Assembly (NCBI GenBank): GCA_049320885.1
Contig: JBMORA010000032.1
Location: forward strand, 43,794 to 107,793
DNA length: 64,000 bases
Reading direction: 5' to 3'
Origin: Thermodesulfobacteriota bacterium
Lineage (GTDB): Bacteria > Desulfobacterota > Desulfobacteria > Desulfobacterales > SURF-7
How positions within the stretch are numbered: the first letter of the stretch is position 1; every line of letters starts with the position of its first letter. A program made the translations under genes and the position numbers. Below are positions 39,301-49,700 of this stretch, in pieces. The notes below the pieces were generated by a model. It searched no databases. It saw nothing but the letters and a program-made list of their open reading frames with translations, and was not told where the DNA came from.

Positions 39301-41626
39301 ACAGGGAAAGGCACAGGGCATATTGCCGCCGCCAGCCGTCGGGCCCCAGCAGGGAAATGCCGATGGAAAAATATCGCTGCGCCGCGTCGTAAGCCGCCGC
39401 TGTCTTGGCGTTTTTCCCTGCCCGGAGATTGAGTCCGGCCAGCTCATCCCGCTCCTGCTGATCGGTCATCAGGCTCATTCCCAGGTTCAGCTGGCCCACG
39501 GTCTGGAAAACCGCGTCCGCGGAGTCTTCAACCGGAAGTTTTTTCAGCAGCAACCGTCCGATACGGTAGTGCAGTCCGGGCTTGCGTTCTTCCGGGATCA
39601 AGCCGTAAGCCACTTCCAGGATGCGGTCATGGTGAAACACGCAAACGCCGTCCAGGTTGTCGATAAGACCCTCCCGGGCCGCCTCGTCCAGGAGTTGTGC
39701 GGTTTCATCCCCGGGACGATCAAGGGCCGCGGCGACGGTTTCCACGTCAAACCGGTAACCGATGCAGGCGCAGATGGTCAGGGCCTCTTTGACTTCCTTG
39801 CGCAGGTTGGAGATATTCGTGACCATCAAGTCGATAACGTTATCCGTCACCCGTTTCCGGCGGATCAGTTCCAGATCCCATTGCCAGCCGTTCACCGGGT
39901 CGATGGTCATAAGCCCTTCCCGGTACAGTAGTTGGATAAACTGCTGAATGAAAAACGGGTTGCCATATGTCTTGCCGTAAATCAAACCGGCGAGCGGCAT
40001 CACGGATTCCGCCGGACAACCCAGCAGGCGGGCGATCAGAGCGTCCACCTCCCTGGCGGGAAGCGGCCCCAGCCGGATCGGGGTCATCCGCGCGCCGCTC
40101 TGGAGGATGTCGGCAATCAGGGCCGCGAGCGCCTCGATCTCATGGGCATGGTTGTTCCGGTAAGCGCCGATGAGCAGAAAATACGGCACGGCGCTGTCCA
40201 TCAGGAGTTGCCGGATGAGCAGGAGGCTGGCGGGATCGGCCCATTGCAGATCGTCCAGGAACAGCACCAGGGGATGCGATTCCACGGCGAAGAGCCGCGT
40301 GAATGCGTTCATCACCGGATGGAACCGGTTCCGGATATCGGCCGGGTGCATCCGCGGAACCTCGGGGAAGTCGCCGACGATCAGCCGGATTTCCGGAAGT
40401 ATCTCCTGGAGCACCGGCATGTCCGGACCCACGGCGGCGATGATTCGTTCCCGCAGTTCCCGGTCATGGCCGCCGCCTTCGGATATCAGCCGCCGCAACA
40501 GGGCCTGGAAGGCCTGAACAATGGCGCCGCAGGGTATGTCGCGCCGGAAGGGTTCGAATTTGCCCCATAGGAACAAGCCGCCGCGCTGGATGACCTCCCG
40601 CTGCCATTCCATCACCAGCTTCGACTTGCCGATTCCGGGAGGGCCGGATATGAAGACCGACTCACAGCGCCCTTGGAGAGCCCCTTCAAGGGCCTGCCGG
40701 ATGGAGGCGGTTTCCTCCCCGCGGCCGACCATGTCCGGTGGTTCTCCGAAGCGGACGGCAATGTCTTCAGCACCCAGCCGGAAGGGCGCCGCGCTTCCGT
40801 TTTTTTGGAGGGCCGCGAGACATTTTCTCAAATCCGCCGCCAGCCCTTGGCTGCTCTGGTACCGGTCCTCGGGAGCCTTTGAAATCAGTTTCATGATCAG
40901 GTCCGAAACAACGGGCGGGACCGAGTTTTGCAGTTTGACCGGCGGCGGCGGTTTCCGGGCCAGATGGGCGTGAATGATTTCCACCGGATCGCTGGAAAGA
41001 AAAGGCGGCGCGCCGGTCAGGATTTCATACAGCAGAATCCCCAGGGAATAAAAATCCGTCCGGTGATCCACCTTGCGGTTCATCCGTCCGGTCTGTTCCG
41101 GAGACAGGTAGGGCAGAATCCGTCGGATCACTTCCGGATGGTAGATATCCTCCATCTCATGGGTCAGGATATCCAGAAAGCCCAGGGGCAGCAGGCGGAC
41201 CCCGTCCCGTCGGCTGTTGACATACACGTATTCCGGCCGGACAGCGCCATGGACGATATGGTTGCCGTGCAGCCGGCCGAGAACGGCGGAAAAGGACAGG
41301 GCCAGCCGCAGGGTGATGTCCGGGCCCGGCGGCCCCTGTTCCAGGAGGGCGGTAAGCGGAATTCCGCCGAAATCTTCCAGGATGAGCGCATAGCCGTTTT
41401 CGTGGTGCCGGACTTCCAGGATTCGAATCAGCTCCGGGGCGGCGGTTCCCTGCAACGCACCGGCGATCTGCTGGAAACGCATTCTCTCCGCAGCCGAGGG
41501 CCCCGGGGCTTTCAGGATGGCGGCGATCCGTTTTTCCGGCTCGCCCGGTTTTTCCACCCGCAACAATTTTTTGAAGCGGGAGTCTTCCACGACATCGAGA
41601 ATGTCATATCCGGAAATCCGCTTCAT
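36353..41626 (-). CDS. Multidomain sensor: degenerate Ser/Thr kinase-like, AAA ATPase, GAF, histidine kinase
   Basis: ATG 41626 overlaps the thioesterase stop. YLSPEQTGR, GPPGIGKS, FLDDLQWAD, LYLEN, AHEINTPLG and GTGLGM. Confidence 0.92.
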   Translation of the reverse strand: MKRISGYDILDVVEDSRFKKLLRVEKPGEPEKRIAAILKAPGPSAAERMRFQQIAGALQGTAAPELIRILEVRHHENGYALILEDFGGIPLTALLEQGPPGPDITLRLALSFSAVLGRLHGNHIVHGAVRPEYVYVNSRRDGVRLLPLGFLDILTHEMEDIYHPEVIRRILPYLSPEQTGRMNRKVDHRTDFYSLGILLYEILTGAPPFLSSDPVEIIHAHLARKPPPPVKLQNSVPPVVSDLIMKLISKAPEDRYQSSQGLAADLRKCLAALQKNGSAAPFRLGAEDIAVRFGEPPDMVGRGEETASIRQALEGALQGRCESVFISGPPGIGKSKLVMEWQREVIQRGGLFLWGKFEPFRRDIPCGAIVQAFQALLRRLISEGGGHDRELRERIIAAVGPDMPVLQEILPEIRLIVGDFPEVPRMHPADIRNRFHPVMNAFTRLFAVESHPLVLFLDDLQWADPASLLLIRQLLMDSAVPYFLLIGAYRNNHAHEIEALAALIADILQSGARMTPIRLGPLPAREVDALIARLLGCPAESVMPLAGLIYGKTYGNPFFIQQFIQLLYREGLMTIDPVNGWQWDLELIRRKRVTDNVIDLMVTNISNLRKEVKEALTICACIGYRFDVETVAAALDRPGDETAQLLDEAAREGLIDNLDGVCVFHHDRILEVAYGLIPEERKPGLHYRIGRLLLKKLPVEDSADAVFQTVGQLNLGMSLMTDQQERDELAGLNLRAGKNAKTAAAYDAAQRYFSIGISLLGPDGWRRQYALCLSLFDEAAETAYLSTAYEKLERFTAETIRRARCLEDTIRACEVCIRSSMARNRLKEAVETGLQLLSRMGVRFPEKPSVRSVFSGLLHTRLALYGKTIEELADKPRMTDAGLLAMLRIMESISTAVYYSRPSLLPLLVTKMTRLSIRYGISPGSPYHYAAYGLILCSAGNIEAGFRFGQLAMALQGRLKTSVHPAKTGLVVNGFILHWKIHAENGLPQLLAVYRTGIGSGDSEFAAHALMLYCWSAFQVRMNLEEIDLEIEGHVETLRSMKQESQLQLALMCRQTVQNLLRAEKTPGRLNGDVYSEDRMLPRHEEAGDRTAVCSLQFAKLFLNYLHGAYGQAVCCAEKGARDLHSLNGLLVYANFHFYEALARLALVDAAPLAGGRSVPKQVGRIRKRLRHWARHAPMNFQHKYDLVTAEFLRVRGRNQRAEEKYRQAIEGAHHNEFLHEEALALELAAKFHRSRGTHSLADIYMAAARDKYAQWGATAKARQLESAYPDIFMRPLPPHSAVLPGSLDYMTVVKALQAISTEIILEQLIEKLLTIMLEIAGADRAVFLIVKEDRFLYEAERRIMDETAPHGGGTVIRREMGEPSGPLLMPAILQVKRTGTFLLIDDAGGHPLYSADPYIQKHRPRSILCLPVIRQGKLIGLLYLENSETAGVFQGERVGILQLLSSQAAISLENALLYQNLLEAEEKVQQLNADLEQRVIRRTAELRESLEALQNAQHQLVQSEKMAALGGLVAGIAHEINTPLGIGVTAATFLRDKTENYVRKFTRGELSAADFRKYADTAMEAASIIHTNLNRAGELINSFKNVAVDQTHEEKRDFRLITCIEDILNSLRPKLKKTAHRVKVDCPENLKINSYPGVLSQIITNLVMNSLLHGFDGMPAGEIVLAVREEEMSLVMEYRDNGRGMNRETLGKIFDPFFTTKRNQGGTGLGMHILYNLVTQSLKGDIQVKSEPNQGVDIVIRFPRGESPPAARKAAG

Positions 41627-42426
41627 GTTGAACCGGCAACCGGCCGGAACTGGGCGATCTGCCGCGAAACCGCCGCCAGTTCGCCGCTTTGATCCCACAC
41701 TTCGCCGTCTTCCTCCACCAGGCCGCAGTTGATGAAGCGGCTGCGGAAGATGCAGCGCAGCCATTTTTCCCGGGGAATGTTGCGGACGCTCACGGAAAAC
41801 TCGATGGTCGGCACCCAGGCCACCGCGCCGTGGCTGGATAATACCGGGGGGGGAAAGGCGTCGGCGGCCAGCACCAAGCCGGTCAGGTCAAAGGGACGGT
41901 CCTGCTTGAACCGGATCCAGCCTTTGTGTTCGGATTTTTCCGCCAGGGGTTTCCCCTGAAGCCATCCGGCGCAGGCCGGATCCAGGCGCACGTCCATCTG
42001 GTCGAAGACCGTGTATCCGGGCATGGGGGGAATCGGAAAACAGTCCATGGGCGCCGGAAGTTCCGGCGGGCCGCTTTCATAGCGTGTCGGGGGACAGGCG
42101 TCGCCGGCCGCGGCGAACGTGCCCAGGGCGCGGATTTTTTCCCGACCGTCCTGGAGCAGTCTCACCTGCAGGCGGTCGAACTGGCTCGACCGGACGATTT
42201 CCTCCACCAGCAGGAGGGCCTCCCCCGGTTTGCAGCGCGAGATGTAATTGGCCGTCAGGATCGGGGTCGCCTTTTTCCCGGCCTGCTCCAGCATGGCCTG
42301 GGCGATCAGGGCCAGGAGATATCCACCGTTGGCGATCCCGTTGATGGACCAGTTGTCGCTCACCCTGACGCGGTACGCGCGGTCTTCCATCCTTGTCAAC
42401 ATCAGGTCTTGGTCAAATAGGTGCAT
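41623..42426 (-). CDS. Thioesterase family protein (TesB-like double hotdog)
   Basis: WSINGIANGGY, ADAFPP, WVPTIE and EEDGEVWD...SRQ. Confidence 0.85.
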   Translation of the reverse strand: MHLFDQDLMLTRMEDRAYRVRVSDNWSINGIANGGYLLALIAQAMLEQAGKKATPILTANYISRCKPGEALLLVEEIVRSSQFDRLQVRLLQDGREKIRALGTFAAAGDACPPTRYESGPPELPAPMDCFPIPPMPGYTVFDQMDVRLDPACAGWLQGKPLAEKSEHKGWIRFKQDRPFDLTGLVLAADAFPPPVLSSHGAVAWVPTIEFSVSVRNIPREKWLRCIFRSRFINCGLVEEDGEVWDQSGELAAVSRQIAQFRPVAGST

Positions 42427-42709
42427 GGCTTTCCTCTCGGATTTTCCTCTCCGCGAATTCGGTTTCAGCGGTTTTTCTTTTATCGGTTTACCCGTCGGGC
42501 GGCAAGGAATATTTCCTCCCGTACCCATTCATAAAGGCGGTCGCCGGGGTCCTGCGCCATGTCGGTCGGCTCCCGGAAGGATCGTCACCGGAGCTGCCTG
42601 GAAATCTGCGCGAACTTGACACCCTATCCGCGCCCTCTTATATTATGTCGGATAACGGAAGATCCAATGGCCCTGTCTCCTGACCCCAACCTCCGGGAGG
42701 AAAAATCCC

Positions 42710-42793
42710 ATGAAAAAAACCGTGCTGTTCGTATTCGATGGCGACCCCATGTGTTTCATTCGGGAGCAGGACTACGAGGTGATCACGCTTTGA
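42710..42793 (+). pseudogene. 27-codon remnant of a DsrE-like small cytoplasmic protein (N- and C-terminus fused)
   Basis: GGGAGG RBS, then MKKTVLFVFDGDPMCFI-REQDYEVITL*. Both ends resemble a roughly 110-aa deltaproteobacterial DsrE-like family (recalled from memory). Confidence 0.5.
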
Positions 42794-42795
42794 AC

Positions 42796-43710
42796 ATGGA
42801 AACCCGATTCACAACCGTTGTCCGGCAGATCGGCGAAATTGTTCTGGGCAAGGAAGACCAGATCCGCCTGGCCCTGACCTGCCTGTTCGCCAGGGGGCAC
42901 CTGCTGATCGAGGATCTGCCGGGCATCGGAAAAACGACGCTGGCCAAGGTGCTGGCCAGATGTCTGGGGCTTGATTTCCAGCGCATCCAATTTACCAGCG
43001 ACCTGCTGCCGGGGGACATCCTCGGGACATCGGTGTTCGAGCAGAAAAGCGGCTCCTTTCATTTTTATCCCGGCCCGATCTTCTCCCAGGTGCTGCTGGC
43101 CGATGAAATCAACCGCGCCACGCCCAAGACCCAGAGCGCCCTGCTGGAAGCCATGGAGGAGAGCCAGGTGACCATCGAGGGTCAAACCCGGCGCCTCAAA
43201 GCCCCCTTCTTTGTGATCGCCACCCAGAATCCCATGGAGCACTCGGGCACCTATCCCCTGCCCGAATCCCAGCTGGACCGCTTTCTGATGCGCATCGAAA
43301 TCGGTTATCCGGACCGCAACGCCGAGCGGGAGCTGCTCACGGGGGGGGACGGCAAGGAACGGATCAATGCAATGAGCGCCTGCCTGTGTCAGGAGGAAGT
43401 GCTGGAAATCCAGCAGCGCGTCACCAATGTCCATGCCTCCGGGGCCTTTCTGGAATATCTCCAGGATCTGCTGGACTTCACGCGGGTCCGGGACCATTTT
43501 CACATGGGGCTGTCCCCCCGGGCCGGACTGGCCCTGCTCCAGGCGTCCAAATCCTGGGCCTGCCTGCATGGACGGAACCACACACTGCCGGAAGACCTGC
43601 AGAAAATCCTGCCGGTTGTGGCCGGTCACCGCCTGCGGTCCCGGGAAACCCTGGGAGAGATCCCCCCGGAACGCCTGACGGCCCTGTTCGCGGAAGTCCC
43701 CGTTCCATGA
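42796..43710 (+). CDS. MoxR family AAA+ ATPase
   Basis: GHLLIEDLPGIGKT, RIQFTSDLLPGD, LADEINRATPKTQSALLE and YPLPESQLDRF. Confidence 0.95.
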   Translation: METRFTTVVRQIGEIVLGKEDQIRLALTCLFARGHLLIEDLPGIGKTTLAKVLARCLGLDFQRIQFTSDLLPGDILGTSVFEQKSGSFHFYPGPIFSQVLLADEINRATPKTQSALLEAMEESQVTIEGQTRRLKAPFFVIATQNPMEHSGTYPLPESQLDRFLMRIEIGYPDRNAERELLTGGDGKERINAMSACLCQEEVLEIQQRVTNVHASGAFLEYLQDLLDFTRVRDHFHMGLSPRAGLALLQASKSWACLHGRNHTLPEDLQKILPVVAGHRLRSRETLGEIPPERLTALFAEVPVP

Positions 43711-44651
43711 CGGAAAAGAGCCGGCCGCGGTCCTCGCCGACACCGCTTCCCCACCGGCTCGACCGGCGCAGGCTCTATATTCTGCCGACGCGTTACGGTC
43801 TTCTTTTCACGGTACTGCTGGCCGCCATGCTGGTCGGCTCCGTCAACTACAACAACAATCTCGGTTTCCTGCTGACCTTCCTGCTCGGCACCATGGGCCT
43901 GACGGCCATGGTGCACACCTACCGGAACCTCGCCGGCCTGCGCATCCTGTCCGTTTCCGCCGCCCCGGTTTTTGCCGGCGACACCGCCGAGTTTCATCTG
44001 CGGGTGCGCCCGGAAGGCCGGAGCCGGAGTGCTCTCCGCTTCACCTTCGTTGATGCGGCCGCCCCCGGTCTTCTCGATGCGCCGCCATGGGCGGACGCGT
44101 CCGTCCGGCTGGCCCTGGCCGCTCCGGTCCGGGGGCTGCTGAAACCCGGGCGGCTGCGGGTATCGACCGTTTTCCCCGTGGGCCTGTTCGTCGCCTGGTA
44201 TGAATGCCGGCCGGAAGCCGTCTGTCCTGTGTATCCCCGGCCGATTCCGGTTAACAGCCACAGGCTCGGCGGCTTCGAGGGCTCCGGCCGGAAAAGCGGC
44301 TCGGCCGGTAAGGGCGCGGAGGATTTCGAGGGCCTGAAAACGTATCAGCCTGGCGATCCCATCCGGCAGATTTCCTGGAAGACTTTTTCCCGTGGCAAGG
44401 GATTGTATCGCAAGGCTTTCACCGGCCAGACCGGCGCCATTGCCGTGATCGACTGGCACGCCTTCCCGGATCAGCCCCTGGAACGCCGGCTGTCGATTCT
44501 TAGCGGCCTGGTGATGAGCGCCCATGCCGGGAAAACGGCGTATGCGCTGAACCTGCCAGGAAACCGGATTCCGGCGGGCAGCGGGGAGAGCCATAAACAC
44601 AAATGCCTGCTGGCCCTGGCGGTTTTCGGTGAACCGGGGGAGAAGGCATGA
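43707..44651 (+). CDS. DUF58 domain protein
   Basis: YILPTRYG, NYNNNLG and EDFEGLKTYQPGDPIRQISWK. Lies between MoxR and the transglutaminase. Confidence 0.88.
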   Translation: MTEKSRPRSSPTPLPHRLDRRRLYILPTRYGLLFTVLLAAMLVGSVNYNNNLGFLLTFLLGTMGLTAMVHTYRNLAGLRILSVSAAPVFAGDTAEFHLRVRPEGRSRSALRFTFVDAAAPGLLDAPPWADASVRLALAAPVRGLLKPGRLRVSTVFPVGLFVAWYECRPEAVCPVYPRPIPVNSHRLGGFEGSGRKSGSAGKGAEDFEGLKTYQPGDPIRQISWKTFSRGKGLYRKAFTGQTGAIAVIDWHAFPDQPLERRLSILSGLVMSAHAGKTAYALNLPGNRIPAGSGESHKHKCLLALAVFGEPGEKA

Positions 44652-46621
44652 AGACGCGACCCGTCCGCCCGCCGGACAAGGATATCCGGCAGGTGATCGC
44701 CGCCCTGGTGGTGGCCCTGCTGCCCCACGGTTTGGGGCTGCCGCCCTGGATCGCGGTCTGGTGTGGCGCCGGCTGGGGTTACCGCCTGCTGGCGGATCGC
44801 CACAACTGGCCGCTGCCCTCCAGGAAACTGCGGCTGCTGCTGACCGCCGCCGGATTTCTTGGCGTTTTGCTCTCGGCCGGAACCCGTTTCGGGGCCGACA
44901 GCTATATCGGGCTGATGGCCGTCATGGCGGCGCTCAAACCCTTTGAAATCGAATCCTATCGCGACAAAATCATCACCGTGTTGCTGGCCTATTTCATCGT
45001 CATCACCGGTTTGTTCGAATCCGAATCCCTGATCATCGTCGTTCATCTGTTCGGTTCGGTCTGGATAACCACCGCCGTTCTGATCCATATCCATTCATCC
45101 GGCGGCGCCTTGCGCCTGTCCGGCCGGATCATGCTCCAGGCCCTGCCCGTCATGCTGGTTCTCTTTTTCCTGTTCCCCCGTCTGCCGGGAAGTCTGTGGC
45201 GGGTCTCGCCGATCAAAACGGGCGGGAGCGGTTTTTCGGAATCCCTTTCCATCGGCGATGTGGCCCGTCTGGTCCAGGACGAGCGCACGGCGTTCACGGC
45301 GCGGTTCGACGAGCCCCCGCCGCCCGGGACCGACCTGTATTGGCGCGGCATCGTTTTCGATCGCTTCGACGGCCGGTCGTGGACCGCCGGCCGGGAACCG
45401 GTGGATCCCCTGCCCGCTCCCGCCGGAAAACGGACGGCGGCCTATACCGTCACCCTGCCGCCCCAGGGCCGCAGACATCTGTTCGTCCTCGATCTGCCGG
45501 TTACGGAGCCGCCCCTGACGCATGTCGCCGCCGGGTATACGCTGCAGGCCCGTTTCCCCATCCGCCGGAAATTTTACTACCGGGTCCTTTCCGAATTGAC
45601 GGAAACCGCCGGGGCCGCTTCCCCGCCGCTCCTCCGATTCGTGACCTTGCCGGAAACCGGCAACCCCCAGGCCCGCGCGCTGGCCGGCCGTTGGGCCGCC
45701 GGGGCCGCCACGGACGAAGAGACCGTGCGTGCGGCGCTGAAATATTTCACGGCCAACGGCTTTGCCTATACCCTGAAACCGCCGGCGCTCGCCGCCGACC
45801 CCATCGATCAATTCCTGTTCGAGACCCGCCGGGGATATTGCGAGCATTACGCCTGCGCCTTCGCCTTTCTCATGCGGGCCGCCGGCATCCCCGCCCGGAT
45901 CGTGGGCGGCTACCTGGGCGGCGAGCCCAACCCGTATGGCCGCCTGCTCACCATCCGGCAGTCCGACGCCCATGCCTGGACGGAGGTCTGGCTCAAGGGC
46001 CGGGGCTGGGTGCGGATTGATCCCACCGCCGTGGTCGTCCCGGAACGCCTGTCCGGAGGGGTTTCCGCGGCCCTGCCGCCGGAGGAACTGCCGGGTTTCC
46101 TGGCCGTCGGCCGGTTCCGCCGTGGCGGCGGAATCTGGAGCGGTCTTCTCTATGCCTGGGAAGCGGCCAACAACCGCTGGGATATCTGGTTTTCGGGATA
46201 TTCCCACCTGCAGCAGCAGGCCCTGCTGGAATGGATGGGATTCACCGCCGGCTCCCAGGCCCGACGGATCGGACTATTGCTTCTGTTCCTCGGTCTGGCC
46301 GGGGCCGGAATCGCCGGCGCCTATTTCCTGCGACCCCGGCGGATTGTCACCGTCCCGGATCAGGCCCTGTCCGCTTACAACCGGTTTTGCCGGAAGCTGG
46401 CGCGGATGGGGATCGAGAGGGCCCCATGCCAGGGACCCCGGGATTTCAGTGCGCTTGCGGCGGGACGGCACCCGCCGTTGAGGGAAGAGATCGCCGCCGT
46501 CACGGAACTGTATATCCGGCTGCGCTACGATGAAAGCGGGAGCCCGGAGGAGTTGCGGCGGCTGAAATCCCTGGTCCGGCGTTTCCCCACAAAACCGGAA
46601 GATTTATCATTGGATTCTTGA
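44648..46621 (+). CDS. Membrane transglutaminase-like protein (TgpA type: DUF3488 + transglutaminase + DUF4129)
   Basis: N-terminal TMs, LYWRG, GYCEHYA (Cys), AHAWTEV (His) and IDPT (Asp). Confidence 0.9.
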   Translation: MKTRPVRPPDKDIRQVIAALVVALLPHGLGLPPWIAVWCGAGWGYRLLADRHNWPLPSRKLRLLLTAAGFLGVLLSAGTRFGADSYIGLMAVMAALKPFEIESYRDKIITVLLAYFIVITGLFESESLIIVVHLFGSVWITTAVLIHIHSSGGALRLSGRIMLQALPVMLVLFFLFPRLPGSLWRVSPIKTGGSGFSESLSIGDVARLVQDERTAFTARFDEPPPPGTDLYWRGIVFDRFDGRSWTAGREPVDPLPAPAGKRTAAYTVTLPPQGRRHLFVLDLPVTEPPLTHVAAGYTLQARFPIRRKFYYRVLSELTETAGAASPPLLRFVTLPETGNPQARALAGRWAAGAATDEETVRAALKYFTANGFAYTLKPPALAADPIDQFLFETRRGYCEHYACAFAFLMRAAGIPARIVGGYLGGEPNPYGRLLTIRQSDAHAWTEVWLKGRGWVRIDPTAVVVPERLSGGVSAALPPEELPGFLAVGRFRRGGGIWSGLLYAWEAANNRWDIWFSGYSHLQQQALLEWMGFTAGSQARRIGLLLLFLGLAGAGIAGAYFLRPRRIVTVPDQALSAYNRFCRKLARMGIERAPCQGPRDFSALAAGRHPPLREEIAAVTELYIRLRYDESGSPEELRRLKSLVRRFPTKPEDLSLDS

Positions 46622-46744
46622 TCGCCGTATGATAGAAAACGGCATTTCCACCCAATCCGATTTCCATTCAAACCTCTTGCCTGGCGGGCGTTATCCACAA
46701 GCGGATGGTTGGCGGAAAGGAATACCCGAAAAAGGAGACAGCGG

Positions 46745-49700
46745 ATGAGCCTGACGGTTGTCGTGCTGATGGGGGTGTTGTGGATCTGGCTGAGAACCAA
46801 GATGTCCCGGTTGGCGGATCAGGCCGGCAGGGATCACGAACGCCTGGAAGAGCTGCTGACCCGGGTCCAGGCCCTGGAACTCGCCTTGCGGGGTGGCGCG
46901 CTTCCGGCCCGGGAGGCCGGGCCGGAAGCGGCGGACACTCCCGGGGAGGAGTGGCCGGGGACGGCCGCTCCGGAACCGGAAACGGGAGAAAAATCATACC
47001 AGGAGATGCCGGAATACGACTGGGAGACACCGGAGGAGGCTGTTGCCGCAACTCCGGCCCGCGAAAGCCGGCCGGAGGCGGAGACGGAGCAGGCGGGAAG
47101 CGCGGCGCCGGGAAGCGGGCGAGAACGTCCGGCCGTCAACTGGGAACAGTTCATGGGCGTGAAGTTGTTCGCCTGGCTGGGCGGAATCGCCCTGTTCCTG
47201 GGGGTCGCCTTTTTCATCAAGTATTCCTTCGAACACAACCTGATCAGTCCTCCGGTGCGGGTGGCCGGCGGAGTCCTCGTCGGGCTCGGCCTTTTGGCCG
47301 GCGGACTGCTGATGGACCGACGCCGGTACGCCATCACAGTCCAGACCCTTTGCGCCGCGGGCGTCCTGATCCTTTACGCCGATATTTTCGCCGCCTGTTC
47401 CTTCTACCATCTGTTGCCCAATGCCGCGGCCTTCGCTTTGATGATTCTGATCACCTTCACGGCTTTTCTCTTGTCCCTGCGCCTGGACGCCCAGGCCGTG
47501 GCCATCATCGGCATGCTGGGCGGCTTTCTGACGCCGCCGCTCCTGTCCACCGGCGAGGACCGGCCCCTGGCGCTGTTCAGCTATATCGCCATGCTGGACG
47601 CGGGCCTCATCGCCCTGGCGCTGATCAAGCGTTGGGGCCACCTGTGCCTGCTGGCCGCCGTCGCCACAATGGCCATGCAATTCGGCTGGGCGGAAAAATT
47701 TTTCCAGGCGGATAAAATCCATACGGCCCAGGGGGTGTTTATATTTTACACGGCCTTTTTCATCGCCGCCTTCTGGCATGCCCAGCGGAAGGATAGAATG
47801 GATCGATTCATTTCCGCCGCCGCCTGCCTGCCGCCCGCGGCGGCCCTGCTTTTCAGTTTTTATCTGCTGGTCTATCCGTATCCGGAAATCGCCCGCCGCC
47901 CCTTTCAGGTTTTTTGCATGGCGCTGGCGGGTGACGCGGCCCTGCTGGTGGTCTCCTGGCACCGCTCCCGGATGCGCTGGGTCAATATGGCGGCGGGAAC
48001 GGCGGTCTTCCTGCTGCTGACCGTCTGGATCGCCTCGTTCCTGTCCATGGAGCTGTTGAATCCGGCCCTGGTCCTGTGTCTGCTGTTCGCCATCCTGCAC
48101 GGCGCCTATCCGGTGGTACTGGAGCGCCTGAAACCGGCCGGATCGCCGGCCTGGTGGGGCCATGTCTTCGCCCCGGCGGCGCTGCTCCTCACCATGATCC
48201 CCCTCTTGACCTTCGAGGAGCCGACCATCGCCGTCTGGCTGGCTGTTTTGGTCCTCAACGCCCTGGCGGTGATGTTGGCCCTGGCCACCGCCGCGATCAG
48301 CGGCATCCTTGCGGTCCTGCTGATCACCGCGGCCCTGATTTTCTTCTGGGTCGCGGCTATCCCGGTATGGGTTGCCGGCCTATGGGAGATGCTGGTGGTG
48401 GTGGGCGCCTTCGCCGCCTTTTTTCTTGGGGTCAGCGCGTGGATCCTCCGGCGGGCGGGGCGCCCGGCAACGGAGGTTCAAATGGAGGCTGGGGCCACCT
48501 TCCCATTTCGGCGCAGCCGGTTTTCCGTGGATTTGTCCCGGCAGATACCGGCGGTTTCGGCGCTGCTGCCCTTCCTGCTGCTGATCATGGTGACCCTCAA
48601 GCAGACGCTGGCTGATCCGTCGCCGGTGTTCGGCCTGGCCCTGCTTCTGGGAATTCTGCTCTACGGCATTGTCTTGACGTGGCAGGCGGATTCTCTGGCC
48701 GTCGTGGGGCTGCTCGGGGTGGTCTGCCTGGAGCAGGCCTGGTTTGCCAACGGCTTTACCCCGGAGCGGGCCGCCCTGCCGCTGGCCTGGCTGGTGGCGT
48801 TTTACGCATTGTTTTCCGGCTTTCCCTTTGGGTTTCAGAAGCGGATGGCAGGCCGGGTGGTTCCATGGGCCGCGGCGGCCCTGGCGGGGCCGTTGCAGTT
48901 TTTCTTCGTATACCGGCTGGTAAGGACCGCCTACATGAACCCCTATATGGGACTGCTGCCGGCCTTGTTCGCCCTGCCCTCCCTGCTGGCCCTGGTCCGG
49001 CTGATCAGAACCGTGCCCTTCGATACCCCGGAGGGAAGGCGGCTGTCGGCCCTCTTCGGCGGCGTGGCCCTGTTTTTCATCACGGCCGTTTTTCCCATCC
49101 AGTTCGAAAAGCAATGGATCACCATCGGCTGGGCCCTGGAAGGGGCGGCCCTCCTGTGGCTTTTCCGGCGCATCCCCCACCCGGGCCTGAAAATTGTGGG
49201 CGCGGCCCTGCTGACCGCGGCCTTCATCCGGCTGGCGCTGAACATAGAGGTGATTCAGTATCACCGGCGCTCGAACATACCCGTCTTCAACTGGTATTTG
49301 TACGCCTACGGCCTGGTCAGCCTCTGTCTCTTCGCCGGGGCCCGGCTGCTGAGGCCGCCGGATCACCGCATCAAAAACGTGGACGTCCGGGCGGTGCTGT
49401 ACGGCCTGGGAACAGTGCTGACCTTTCTGCTCCTCAATATCGAGATCGCCGATTATTTCAGCACCGGGCCTTACATCCGCTTCGAATTTTCCGGCAGTTT
49501 CGGCCGGGACATGACCTATTCCCTGGCCTGGGCCGTCTTCGCCTTTGTGCTGCTGGTGGTGGGCATCCGGCAAGGCCTGGCGGCGGTGCGTTACGCCGGC
49601 ATCGGCCTGCTGGTGGTCACGCTCCTCAAATTGTTCCTGCACGATCTCTGGAGCCTGGGCGGCCTGTACCGCATCGGCGCCCTCATGGGCCTGGCGCTGG

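Noticed and set aside
42796..46621. MoxR-DUF58-transglutaminase cluster as a novel system
   Set aside because: This is a widespread, previously described gene triad.
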